The position numbers and the translations under genes are program-made. A stretch of 34,024 bases of DNA, taken from positions 1-34,024 of the IMG/VR virus record IMGVR_UViG_3300020161_003517, one strand, 5' to 3'. The notes under the pieces were generated by a model. That model was not told where the DNA came from, did no database searches, and saw nothing but the letters and a program-made list of their open reading frames with translations. This document shows, piece after piece, positions 18,929-27,608 of the stretch; the stretch's first letter is position 1, and each line of letters starts with the position of its first letter. Origin of the DNA: a virus (taxonomy: Duplodnaviria; Caudoviricetes).

Positions 18929-19594
18929 GTGATTGTATTAGATAATTTTTTAAATAAAGACCTATATTCAAAGATGCTAGAAGATCCTAACTTCTACCCT
19001 GAATCAATGGGTGGTGGAGATCAAATAGCCACAGAGCTCAACAGCTATCACTATGAACAAGCAAGCTGTTATGCGCCGTACATGTTTTGGGATGGCTGGT
19101 GGAATAGCCCAGCTAATACATTAAAAAAACAGATAATACAAAGTATATGGGGTAGCCGTTTAGAGCATCAGCATGACGATATACTTGGTTTTGAATACTG
19201 GACCAGAACTTATAGAGCTGGGCAATTCCTTGCAACACACGTGGATGAAGATACTTTCCTCTATGCTAGAGATAAGGTATTTACCGGCCCAGTAAATGGT
19301 GCAATATTATACGGCTGCGACAATATAGATGGTGGATTTTTGGAAATCCATAGACATACTTTAATCGATGGATCACATCAAGCTTTAGAAAAAGATAACA
19401 TTAAAATATCACCAATAGAAGAAAGAGAAAGAATAGCCTACAAAGGTAATAGATTAGTGATACTAGATGCCGGCCACGTTATCCACGGAACAACCCCAGC
19501 AAATTCTGGTATTAGACAAGTGATGGTTATAAACGTTTGGCATAAAGATAACCCACCTTTAGCTTTGTCTCTTGGAGAGTTTTACTTTGAGTGA
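18929..19594 (+). CDS. 2OG-Fe(II) oxygenase
   Basis: FEYWTR...HVDED...HGT...R.V.VINVW. Start taken as GTG 18929 just after the upstream stop; ATG 18896 is an alternative. Confidence 0.75.
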   Translation: MIVLDNFLNKDLYSKMLEDPNFYPESMGGGDQIATELNSYHYEQASCYAPYMFWDGWWNSPANTLKKQIIQSIWGSRLEHQHDDILGFEYWTRTYRAGQFLATHVDEDTFLYARDKVFTGPVNGAILYGCDNIDGGFLEIHRHTLIDGSHQALEKDNIKISPIEERERIAYKGNRLVILDAGHVIHGTTPANSGIRQVMVINVWHKDNPPLALSLGEFYFE

Positions 19595-20363
19595 ATCTAT
19601 TTATTTAGATAAAAAAATAATAAAAGCCCAAAACTCAATTGTTATAATTGATGATTACATAAAAGATCAACAACTGCTGCTTGACATAGAAAATGATGAT
19701 TCTTTTTTCCCAAAGGATATGGGATCAGAAAAGCGACAGTTAAAAACAGGTAATATATATCACTCTGAAAACGCTGATATATTTTCTCCATGGATGTTTT
19801 GGGACGGCTGGTGGAATAGTCCAGCTGATACTGTAAAAAAACGTTTGATTCAGGCAATATGGGAAGACAATTTGCCCTGTGATACAAGTGAACTTTGCGG
19901 GTTTGAGTATTGGACTAGAAAATATTCGCCCGGACAATACCTTCCATTGCATCTGGACGAGGACACATTCTTATATGAAGATGAAGGCAAATTTCGCTGC
20001 CCAATGTTAGGTGCGGTTTACTATGCCCATATGCCAATAAGAGAAGATCAAAAGCCTGGCTATCTTGAGATGCACCCTGGCAGACTATCTATTGATAGAG
20101 ATAGGGTATTTAGAAATAAGCCATCTGAAGATAAAGATTTTGAATCATTAAAAGATTTTTATCTAAAAAATCAACAACCAAAACACAAAAGAGATATTAT
20201 AACCTATAGGCCAAATAGATTAATTTTATTTGATGCCGGAATGCTACTGCATGGTACAACACCTAGTGGGGAAAATAGCGAAAGATACATAGTAGGCATT
20301 AACGTTTGGCATAAGCTTGAGCCGCCTACCGGCTACGAGGACAAAACATTTTATTTTGAGTAG
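19587..20363 (+). CDS. 2OG-Fe(II) oxygenase (tandem paralog of previous gene)
   Basis: Shares MFWDGWWNSPA, FEYWTR, HLDEDTFLY, HGTTP, INVWHK and C-terminal FYFE. Start TTG 19587 after GGAG is uncertain. Confidence 0.75.
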   Translation: MSESIYLDKKIIKAQNSIVIIDDYIKDQQLLLDIENDDSFFPKDMGSEKRQLKTGNIYHSENADIFSPWMFWDGWWNSPADTVKKRLIQAIWEDNLPCDTSELCGFEYWTRKYSPGQYLPLHLDEDTFLYEDEGKFRCPMLGAVYYAHMPIREDQKPGYLEMHPGRLSIDRDRVFRNKPSEDKDFESLKDFYLKNQQPKHKRDIITYRPNRLILFDAGMLLHGTTPSGENSERYIVGINVWHKLEPPTGYEDKTFYFE

Positions 20364-20426
20364 ATATTATTTTTGCCGTTGTTTGTGTTATAATTGGTGA
20401 AATAGTATTTTGGCAAAAAGGATTTT

Positions 20427-20729
20427 ATGATTGGCAAATGGACTTTAGTAGTAAAAACCCCTTTTGGGGAAGAAAAATACAACCTTGCGATAGAGGCTGT
20501 TTCCCCATTCTTATTAGGGAAAATTTGGACGGACATGGGTTCAGCAAGTTTTGAAAATGGTAAATACGACAACGGAAATCTAGAAATAGATTTTAGCGTG
20601 GATACTCCGCAAAAAGCGCAAATTGCCATAAGAGGAATGCACACGGAAAATGTCATTACAGGAACTATAAAAGTTGATGAATACCCAACACTAGATTTTA
20701 AGGCAGAGTATAATAATGTCAATATATAA
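20427..20729 (+). CDS. Hypothetical small beta-rich protein
   Basis: 100 aa, AAGGA RBS, GKWTLVVKTPFG N-terminus. Confidence 0.55.
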   Translation: MIGKWTLVVKTPFGEEKYNLAIEAVSPFLLGKIWTDMGSASFENGKYDNGNLEIDFSVDTPQKAQIAIRGMHTENVITGTIKVDEYPTLDFKAEYNNVNI

Positions 20730-21330
20730 TATACCAATTAGATCGATAGACGGAGAAGAGAATGCGCTTCTACCATACGAAGGCAAGGTAACCTTAATGG
20801 TTAATGTCTCTAGTAAGGCTGGGTATGACCCAAAGTGTTCAAAATTTTGGTCTTATGCAAGAACATGTAGACAATTTTGGCAGCTACAAAAAGTTCATGA
20901 TGAATTTAAAGATAGGGGTTTTTCTGTTCTAGCATTCCCTTGTAATCAATTTGCTGCCACAGAGCCTGGGACTAACGAAGAGATAAGCGCCTTTATAAAA
21001 GAGCATTATCCATTTGTCACTTTCCCATTCTTTGAAAAGGTAGATGTAAATGGCAAGAATGAACATCCTCTTTTTTCAGCCTTAAAAGGTAATGAAAAAA
21101 GAAACTACTCTGATACCGCTGCAGACCAATCAGACGCAGCCCAGAAGGGGCAGAACCTAGCTGGACAAGCTATAGCTAGAATCCCTCATGGATATGAAAA
21201 GTTTATAGTTAGCGGTGATGGTAGAATGATATCTCGTTTCAACTGGCAAGATATGCCACTAGATGAAATACCAAGAGTGATGGGTGCTGGCTGGACAATA
21301 AGAGAAGCATTGGATGAGATTTTAGGATGA
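20716..21330 (+). CDS. Glutathione peroxidase family protein (atypical active site)
   Basis: GKVTLMVNV, GFSVLAFPCNQF..EPG, FPFFEKVDVNG.NEHPLF, EKFIV..DG motifs. Confidence 0.85.
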   Translation: MSIYNIPIRSIDGEENALLPYEGKVTLMVNVSSKAGYDPKCSKFWSYARTCRQFWQLQKVHDEFKDRGFSVLAFPCNQFAATEPGTNEEISAFIKEHYPFVTFPFFEKVDVNGKNEHPLFSALKGNEKRNYSDTAADQSDAAQKGQNLAGQAIARIPHGYEKFIVSGDGRMISRFNWQDMPLDEIPRVMGAGWTIREALDEILG

Positions 21331-22445
21331 GTTACGATTCTTCTATCCCAGAAAAAGGAAAAAAGATAAGCGACACAGCTTATCCGGTATCTCCAAAAAT
21401 AACAGACGTTGAAATAAAAGAGATTGCCGATTTAGAGATAGAGATCCTTGGGCCAGGTATTATGGTTGCACGCAACGCATTTGACCCAAGACAAGGTCTC
21501 ATCTTGCCACATATTGATTCTAGAGCAGAGGCAGCACACGCCAATAGATGGACTTGGATAGAAGACGAAAATGGAAATAAGTTTGGTATTAACGAAGACG
21601 GTTTTCGATATAGACCAGAAGACGTTCCTAATACTCCAGTAAGAATTCTTGACCCAGTAAACTCAGAAACTGAAAGTGATATAAAAGATTATTTTGTTTA
21701 CTTAGAAGAACAAATATATAAAGCTTTAATAAAATACATAGATCAATATCCGCTAATGGTTGGAAGCATTTGGTGGAAGACTAGAGGACACGTATTAAGA
21801 TACGGAGATGGTGGGATACTTGGCTGTCACGCTGACAATGATACTAACTATAAAGTCACTAAAGGAGTTAGGTATATGCCAAGAGGCATGGTTGCGTCAA
21901 GACAAACATGTGGCGCGTTGCTATACCTAAATGACTGTGTCTCTTCAGAAGAAGAATTAGATGGCAAAAACTTTACTGGTGGTAACCTTGCTTTTGTACA
22001 CTTAGGTGTATCTTATGAACCAAAAAAGGGCGACATTATTTTCTTTCCAACAAACTATCTTGCAGCTCATCAAGTTAGCAAAATGGGTAAAGGTGTTAGG
22101 TATTCTTATTTAACATTTTTTGGCCAAGGAGCTAGTGATCTAACTGCAAACGTTGTGATATCCGAACCAGATCAAAGCTTTGAATGGTGTCCACCGGTTT
22201 GGTTTAATGATATATACGATGACTATGAAAAGTATTGTAAATCAGAATATTCTATTTGGGAAAACGCAGAAAAAAATAATGTAGAATTAGGTTGGAACCC
22301 AGTTTATCAAGGAAGAGAAGTTGCGCAATATAACACTACCCATGATACAGTAGAAGTTGCTCCCCAACAATCTGAACCAAATAACCAACAAAATGAAGCT
22401 CTTTTAGAGGGCCCTTGTGGAACAGACGCACAAAAGATAATATAA
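21327..22445 (+). CDS. 2OG-Fe(II) oxygenase, prolyl 4-hydroxylase-like
   Basis: WWKTRGH...HADND...YLND...GG...FPTNYLAAHQV...RYSY. Confidence 0.85.
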   Translation: MSYDSSIPEKGKKISDTAYPVSPKITDVEIKEIADLEIEILGPGIMVARNAFDPRQGLILPHIDSRAEAAHANRWTWIEDENGNKFGINEDGFRYRPEDVPNTPVRILDPVNSETESDIKDYFVYLEEQIYKALIKYIDQYPLMVGSIWWKTRGHVLRYGDGGILGCHADNDTNYKVTKGVRYMPRGMVASRQTCGALLYLNDCVSSEEELDGKNFTGGNLAFVHLGVSYEPKKGDIIFFPTNYLAAHQVSKMGKGVRYSYLTFFGQGASDLTANVVISEPDQSFEWCPPVWFNDIYDDYEKYCKSEYSIWENAEKNNVELGWNPVYQGREVAQYNTTHDTVEVAPQQSEPNNQQNEALLEGPCGTDAQKII

Positions 22446-22446
22446 A

Positions 22447-23368
22447 ATGAGCGCTAAACCAGCTATACAGCAACTTGGCAATCGGAATAGTTTTATTTAA
22501 AAAAGCTATCAACGTTGACCAAGAGCTAATAATACCTTATTTAGCTTCCTTAAAACAGGAAGCAATTAAAAAGGATTACACTATAATCTATGACGAAGAC
22601 AACAACGCAACACATGCTGTCAATAGGTCTGGACATAGATACGCCTTAGAAGACATAGAATCATCTTGTAGCCATATAATGGAATTTGCTACGCCAAATG
22701 TAGACTCTAAATATATTAACTTCTTTCAGCAATGTGAAGATTCGATATACCAAAGCTTGTTAAGATATATTGAAATTTTTCCAATGATACTACCTTGTCT
22801 ATGGTGGAGAACGCAAGGTCATATAGTGGCGTATGGTTCAGGAAGTTCATTCGGTCTTCATTGCGATAACGACGTAAATTATAAACCAGGATTTGTGCCT
22901 GACCAGCAGCTAGCGATTAGAAATGTTTGCGGCGCTATTATTTATTTTAATGACTCAGTTGAGTCAAATCCGGATATAACTAAATATGAATACTCTGGTG
23001 GAGATATAGTTTTCCCTTACGCAAAAGTTAGATACTCGCCTAAAGCTGGTGATATAATAATGTTCCCTTCAAACTACTTAGCAACACATGAGGTTGAACC
23101 ATGCATAGAAGGTTCAAGATATGGCTACGTAGGATACTTTGCCCAAGGTTCGTCCGACATAGATAGAGGTATTAACATAAGAGATAAGAGTGATATAATA
23201 GACAGTGGTCAGGTTTGGATACCTGAATTATTTAATGACTATATATCTTATCTTGATAGTAAATACAAAGGTTCCGAAGAAGATAACTCAGAGCTATATA
23301 GGCCAACTAACCGAATCAATACAAGCGACAAAACAACACAAGAAGTAGACAAAGCAAAGGTTCAATAA
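22447..23368 (+). CDS. 2OG-Fe(II) oxygenase; probably needs +1 frameshift at CGG-A 22483-22486 (about 306 aa)
   Basis: ATG 22447 lies 1 nt after the upstream stop and reads MSAKPAIQQLGN, then the +1 frame reads GIVLFKKAI. The join LGNGIVLF matches paralogs (LTNGVILF, LGPGIMVA). HCDND...FPSNYLATHEV...RY motifs. TTG 22475 without an RBS is an alternative start. Confidence 0.8.
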
Positions 23369-24249
23369 TGATAAATAATAATGTAGAAGCAGTAAATCTT
23401 ACTAATGGTGTGATCCTTTTCCCTAATGCTATAGATATCGACTGGGATTGGGCTATCCAAACTACTGCTTCCTTGGTTGAATCAGAGTGGTCTGACATGT
23501 ATGTCCCAGGTATTGATCCAGAAACAAATGAAGAAATTTTTGTTAACAAGAGTGGCTACTTTTATGGTAAAGATAGTATAAACTTAATGCCAAGAAGAGC
23601 ATCTGCTGCTCACTACAATAAAGATCCAGAAATTATGCAATGGCTTAAATTTATGGAAGAGACTAAAGACAAGTATTTGTTAAAGTACTTAGAGATATTT
23701 CCATTAGCATATAAGTGCGTTTGGTGGAAAGTAAAGGGACATTTCCTTGAATACAACAAGGATGTTTACCTTGGCTCCCATTCCGACATCAGTGCTGATT
23801 ATATATATGGGATACTAGAGCCTACTGATCAACTTGCTTTGAGAAATGTAATAACAAATTTAATCTATCTAAATGATAGCGTTGATTCTGTGGATGAGTT
23901 AAATGATTCCAATTTTGTTGGCGGTAGTCACTATTTTAATTATTTCGATATAGAATACAAGCCAAAAAGAGGAGACATACTCATGTTTCCATCTAACTAT
24001 ATGGCAGCTCATGAGGTAAGAAAAGTAACAGAAGGCAAAAGATATAGTTACCTTGGTTGGTATAGTCAAGGGACACCTAACCCAGCAGTACATGAAAGCG
24101 TTACTGATCCGATAAAGAATCCAGAGTCAGCGATCCATGATACTAATCTCTATATGCCAAATTTGGCAAGTGACTTTAAAGAGTATTTAATTTCGAAAGG
24201 CTACGATGAACATTCAGAACAACTTTCCATTACAAGATCAAGTTACTAA
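23368..24249 (+). CDS. 2OG-Fe(II) oxygenase, prolyl 4-hydroxylase-like
   Basis: WWKVKGH...HSD...YLND...FPSNYMAAHEV...RYSY; TAATG overlap. Confidence 0.85.
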   Translation: MINNNVEAVNLTNGVILFPNAIDIDWDWAIQTTASLVESEWSDMYVPGIDPETNEEIFVNKSGYFYGKDSINLMPRRASAAHYNKDPEIMQWLKFMEETKDKYLLKYLEIFPLAYKCVWWKVKGHFLEYNKDVYLGSHSDISADYIYGILEPTDQLALRNVITNLIYLNDSVDSVDELNDSNFVGGSHYFNYFDIEYKPKRGDILMFPSNYMAAHEVRKVTEGKRYSYLGWYSQGTPNPAVHESVTDPIKNPESAIHDTNLYMPNLASDFKEYLISKGYDEHSEQLSITRSSY

Positions 24250-25132
24250 TGGTATTCATAAAAATAAAAGAAAAAGATCATATATTGTAAACAAAATAAT
24301 AAAAGCCAGAAATATATTTCGTATACAAAATATTATCCTTAAAATAAGAGTTTTTATATCTGTTTTTCAAAAACATGCACCAGATGCAGGCCATTGGAAT
24401 TATGTTATAGCTAAAAATAAATGGATAGAAAATGTAAATATTGCAGAAGTATTAAAACCTAAATATACCCTAAGAAGAGAAGACTCTAATAGCAAGCAAA
24501 TATTCCATATAGATAGTTTTCCAAGACAAGGTAATACATCTTTAAGAGCAATCTTTCTTGAAGTATTTCCCACGCTAGCAATGCCAGACCCAATGGTGCA
24601 TGTAGTTTCTTTTACTGAAGAAAAGATTAAACAAGGAGAGATAGTAGTTAGTACCTTAAGAGACCCTCACGACACTCTTTCTTCTTTTATAAGTAGATCT
24701 ATTTCTGATAATCAAATTAATAAAATAACTTTTGACAATAAAAACAAAATAAAAAAAGCAAACATAAAGAGCGCAATTAAATTTTATAACAGATACTTTG
24801 AATTTAATATAAAAAATTATGATAAAATTTATTTTATAAACTTTCAACAAGTTTTAGATATGTACAAAGACTACTTGTCTGGTAACGAAAAGAATAATTA
24901 TATATTAAAGTATTTTTCTAAAAAATACAATTTACCTTTTGCAACGATTGAAAAAACACATCCAAGAGTTCAGAATATTAACTATAGAACTACAGTGAAT
25001 CAAGACGTCAAAACCTACTTAACCACTAACGAATTTTATTTAAAAAAAATTAAGAAATCTTACAAATTATTTGATAAACTAACAAATATGATAAATGCGG
25101 ATCAAAAAGGAATTTACGAAAATGGAATATAA
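24206..25132 (+). CDS. Sulfotransferase-like (P-loop) protein; start uncertain
   Basis: IDSFPRQGNTSL resembles the 5'-PSB loop and LRDPHDTLSS the 3'-PB motif of PAPS-dependent sulfotransferases; very AT-rich. Confidence 0.55.
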   Translation: MNIQNNFPLQDQVTNGIHKNKRKRSYIVNKIIKARNIFRIQNIILKIRVFISVFQKHAPDAGHWNYVIAKNKWIENVNIAEVLKPKYTLRREDSNSKQIFHIDSFPRQGNTSLRAIFLEVFPTLAMPDPMVHVVSFTEEKIKQGEIVVSTLRDPHDTLSSFISRSISDNQINKITFDNKNKIKKANIKSAIKFYNRYFEFNIKNYDKIYFINFQQVLDMYKDYLSGNEKNNYILKYFSKKYNLPFATIEKTHPRVQNINYRTTVNQDVKTYLTTNEFYLKKIKKSYKLFDKLTNMINADQKGIYENGI

Positions 25133-25922
25133 AGATCACAAGCATGGTGTTGTCGTTTTTGATAATGCGCTAGACGTTGACAATTCTTTTATAAAAGAGT
25201 ACATAAATTGGTTAAGAGAAAACGATGAATCAGTTTTCCAAAAAGTCACAACAGAAGAAGGAAGTCATGCTGTCAATAGATCAGGATTTAAATTTAATTT
25301 AAACTCTTTAGAAACGGCACCTGATAGATTTACCGATACTGTTGGTTCCCACTCCGGAAGAAAACCTAAACAAGAATATCAAGATTTTATTAGAGCATGT
25401 GCGGATGCAACCTACAAGTGCTTAGTACAGTATTGCTCCATATACACAGAAGCAGCAAGTACTATTTGGTGGAGAGGGCATGGCCATATAGCTGGCTATA
25501 CAGAAGGAAAAATGATAGGCCCACACTGCGACAACAGAGTGCAGTTTGATTTTACAGAACTTCCTAAAGTAACAATGCCATTTCATAACGTAATAAGTGC
25601 AGCCTTATATTTGAATGACTGCGTAGATAATGAATCAGAAGTCGAAGATGGCAGCTTTAGCGGTGGTCATATAAAGTTTAAATATGCTGAGCTAGATTAC
25701 GCTCCAAAGGCTGGGAGCGTTGTGTTGTACCCTTCTAATTATATAGGCACCCATGAAGTGACGCCAGTAACCGCAGGAGAAAGATATGCCTTTCTCCAAT
25801 TCTTTGCTTATGGAGTTCCGACTAATCCAGATGGCTTAGTTAACGACGGTGGAAACCTAGACTGGCTTAAGGACTTAGAGTCTGATTCCAGAAAAATCAT
25901 AGAAGCTAATAGACAGGGCTAA
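25122..25922 (+). CDS. 2OG-Fe(II) oxygenase, prolyl 4-hydroxylase-like
   Basis: WWRGHGH...HCDN...YLND...YPSNYIGTHEV...RYA; start reassigned to ATG 25122 after AAGGA. Confidence 0.85.
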   Translation: MEYKDHKHGVVVFDNALDVDNSFIKEYINWLRENDESVFQKVTTEEGSHAVNRSGFKFNLNSLETAPDRFTDTVGSHSGRKPKQEYQDFIRACADATYKCLVQYCSIYTEAASTIWWRGHGHIAGYTEGKMIGPHCDNRVQFDFTELPKVTMPFHNVISAALYLNDCVDNESEVEDGSFSGGHIKFKYAELDYAPKAGSVVLYPSNYIGTHEVTPVTAGERYAFLQFFAYGVPTNPDGLVNDGGNLDWLKDLESDSRKIIEANRQG

Positions 25923-25940
25923 TAATAATTTGAAATAGGG

Positions 25941-25948
25941 TTACTATA
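25941..25948 (+). promoter_or_regulatory. Candidate late promoter motif TTACTATA
   Basis: Intergenic, about 31 nt before ATG 25979. Confidence 0.6.
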
Positions 25949-25978
25949 AAGGGTGTCTCGAATTGAAGGAATAATCTT

Positions 25979-26260
25979 ATGTATAATATGGAGATTGCCT
26001 ACAGCCAAAATAACGCGACCTATTCTGGCACGATTATTATATATGCCCCTTCATTAAATAACCCAATTATATTAAATAATATAAGTATACTTAATTCAGA
26101 TCAATTGAATTTGTCAAACTATACAACAGTTGCAGTTTTGACTATAGATACTGCCCCAGATGGGATTATCACAGTCAGTGTGGTCGACGAAACAGTCAGT
26201 GCCCTTGTTGGAATAACTAGCTTTTCAAATTTGGGAGATGGTTTAATCGCAGTTTCTTAG
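25979..26260 (+). CDS. Hypothetical protein
   Basis: 93 aa, AAGGA RBS, own candidate late promoter. Confidence 0.55.
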   Translation: MYNMEIAYSQNNATYSGTIIIYAPSLNNPIILNNISILNSDQLNLSNYTTVAVLTIDTAPDGIITVSVVDETVSALVGITSFSNLGDGLIAVS

Positions 26261-26289
26261 TCTCTATCTGATTTATTGCGTGTTTTGTG

Positions 26290-26297
26290 TTACTATA
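26290..26297 (+). promoter_or_regulatory. Candidate late promoter motif TTACTATA
   Basis: Intergenic, about 29 nt before ATG 26326. Confidence 0.65.
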
Positions 26298-26325
26298 ATA
26301 TTACAATTCTTTTAGTGAGGCTACA

Positions 26326-27234
26326 ATGACACTAACTTCGATTATCATAAATGATAAAGTGCGTCTTAATGTAAAATTCGTAGATACTGACCCTTCAACC
26401 GGTCAGCAAGTTAACGTATCCCCAATTCAAGGTGGGGTAAGTTTAATAATAAAAGACCCGGATAATTTAGTAGTCCCTAACACAGTCCCTACAGCCCTTA
26501 CTTCTTATGAGTATTACTTTGATTTTACCCCATCAAAAGCTGGGGGATATAACGTAACATTTGTCGGAATTTTGCAGGATGGTACATATATTACTGTCAC
26601 CCAACAGATATATGTTAATAGCTCATCTACTGATTACAGACCAACAGTCACATTAGGTAGCGATGAAATCATAAGTTTTACCACCGTTATTGAACCGCTT
26701 TATCTTGACCCAGAAGAATTGTTATCTTTCTTTCCTGATGCTTCCTTGACTGAAGTAGGAGAGTTAATACATCATTACTCTACTGAGGTTAAAAAAATAT
26801 TTTCAATAGAAGATTCAAATAAATTTCCAGATTTATCATTCACCGCAATAGAATATATTAAAGCATCTTCTGCTTGCGAGCTTAGTAGGACCTATGGGTT
26901 TGGTGGCGATGACGAGCTTTCCCTTAAGTTAGGGGATTTAAGCGTGACCAATAAGTCAATGCCAAGGGCATCAGTCAACAGAGGCAACGCTACAACTTGG
27001 TGTCAAATTGCAGCCTCATTAAGAAAAGAACTTTTAGCTTCTCAAGTTTCTATGAGAGGCGTGCAACCAAAGGGTCTTCCTAGCGGACTTGGGACTAAGA
27101 CTTCTGGAAAACAAATAGACCCAGACACTGGTCTTGTTATTTACCTTTCAGACAGAGAACTCTACGGTCCCGGCAGAAAGGGTAGCGCAGTTGATGACCC
27201 GATGCCAAAGAGGGGCCTAAGAAGTCGTGACTGA
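26326..27234 (+). CDS. Probable neck/head-tail adaptor with N-terminal Ig-like domain
   Basis: YYFDFTPSKAGGYNVTF Ig-like segment; helical C-terminal part with SLKLGDLSV typical of adaptor beta-hairpins; position before closure and sheath genes. Confidence 0.5.
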   Translation: MTLTSIIINDKVRLNVKFVDTDPSTGQQVNVSPIQGGVSLIIKDPDNLVVPNTVPTALTSYEYYFDFTPSKAGGYNVTFVGILQDGTYITVTQQIYVNSSSTDYRPTVTLGSDEIISFTTVIEPLYLDPEELLSFFPDASLTEVGELIHHYSTEVKKIFSIEDSNKFPDLSFTAIEYIKASSACELSRTYGFGGDDELSLKLGDLSVTNKSMPRASVNRGNATTWCQIAASLRKELLASQVSMRGVQPKGLPSGLGTKTSGKQIDPDTGLVIYLSDRELYGPGRKGSAVDDPMPKRGLRSRD

Positions 27235-27607
27235 TTTAAGTAGAACTTTTAAGAACATACTAAGAAAATGGGGTCATGATGTTCTAATCCAAAGAAGATT
27301 AGACAATGACTTTAATTACTCTTCTACTTTTGAAAGAGTAACAACTAGGCATATGTATCCAGCAAACTCAGATCTTGTTAATCTTTTGAGGGAATCATCA
27401 GAAGGAACATCACCAGATGCCGTTGAAATGATATACTATTTTGAAACAAACATTAATCCAAGAACCGGTGATCGTATATACGAAAACATAGAGAACCATC
27501 CAGATGGACAAATGGTTTACTTGATCGATTACGCAGTGCCTATGCGTGGTAGGTTCGGAAAAATAGAATATTGGGTTGCTGGAGCAACTAGAGAAAAGCC
27601 GGTGTAA
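27227..27607 (+). CDS. Probable head closure/neck protein
   Basis: 126 aa, LRKWGHDVLIQR and P.TGDRIYE pattern; position in the neck module. Confidence 0.5.
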   Translation: MTDLSRTFKNILRKWGHDVLIQRRLDNDFNYSSTFERVTTRHMYPANSDLVNLLRESSEGTSPDAVEMIYYFETNINPRTGDRIYENIENHPDGQMVYLIDYAVPMRGRFGKIEYWVAGATREKPV

Positions 27608-27608
27608 T

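Noticed and set aside
24249-24290. Short ORF from the TAATG overlap at 24249, possibly shifting into the sulfotransferase-like frame
   Set aside because: No CGGA or convincing slippery site and no homology evidence; ATG 24206 explains the gene without recoding.
25095-25121. In-frame CGG-A at codon 2 of the track ORF starting 25095
   Set aside because: The better start is ATG 25122 (AAGGA RBS, matches paralog N-termini), so this CGG is probably not translated in that frame. If 25095 were the true start it would be a counter-example to the CGGA rule.
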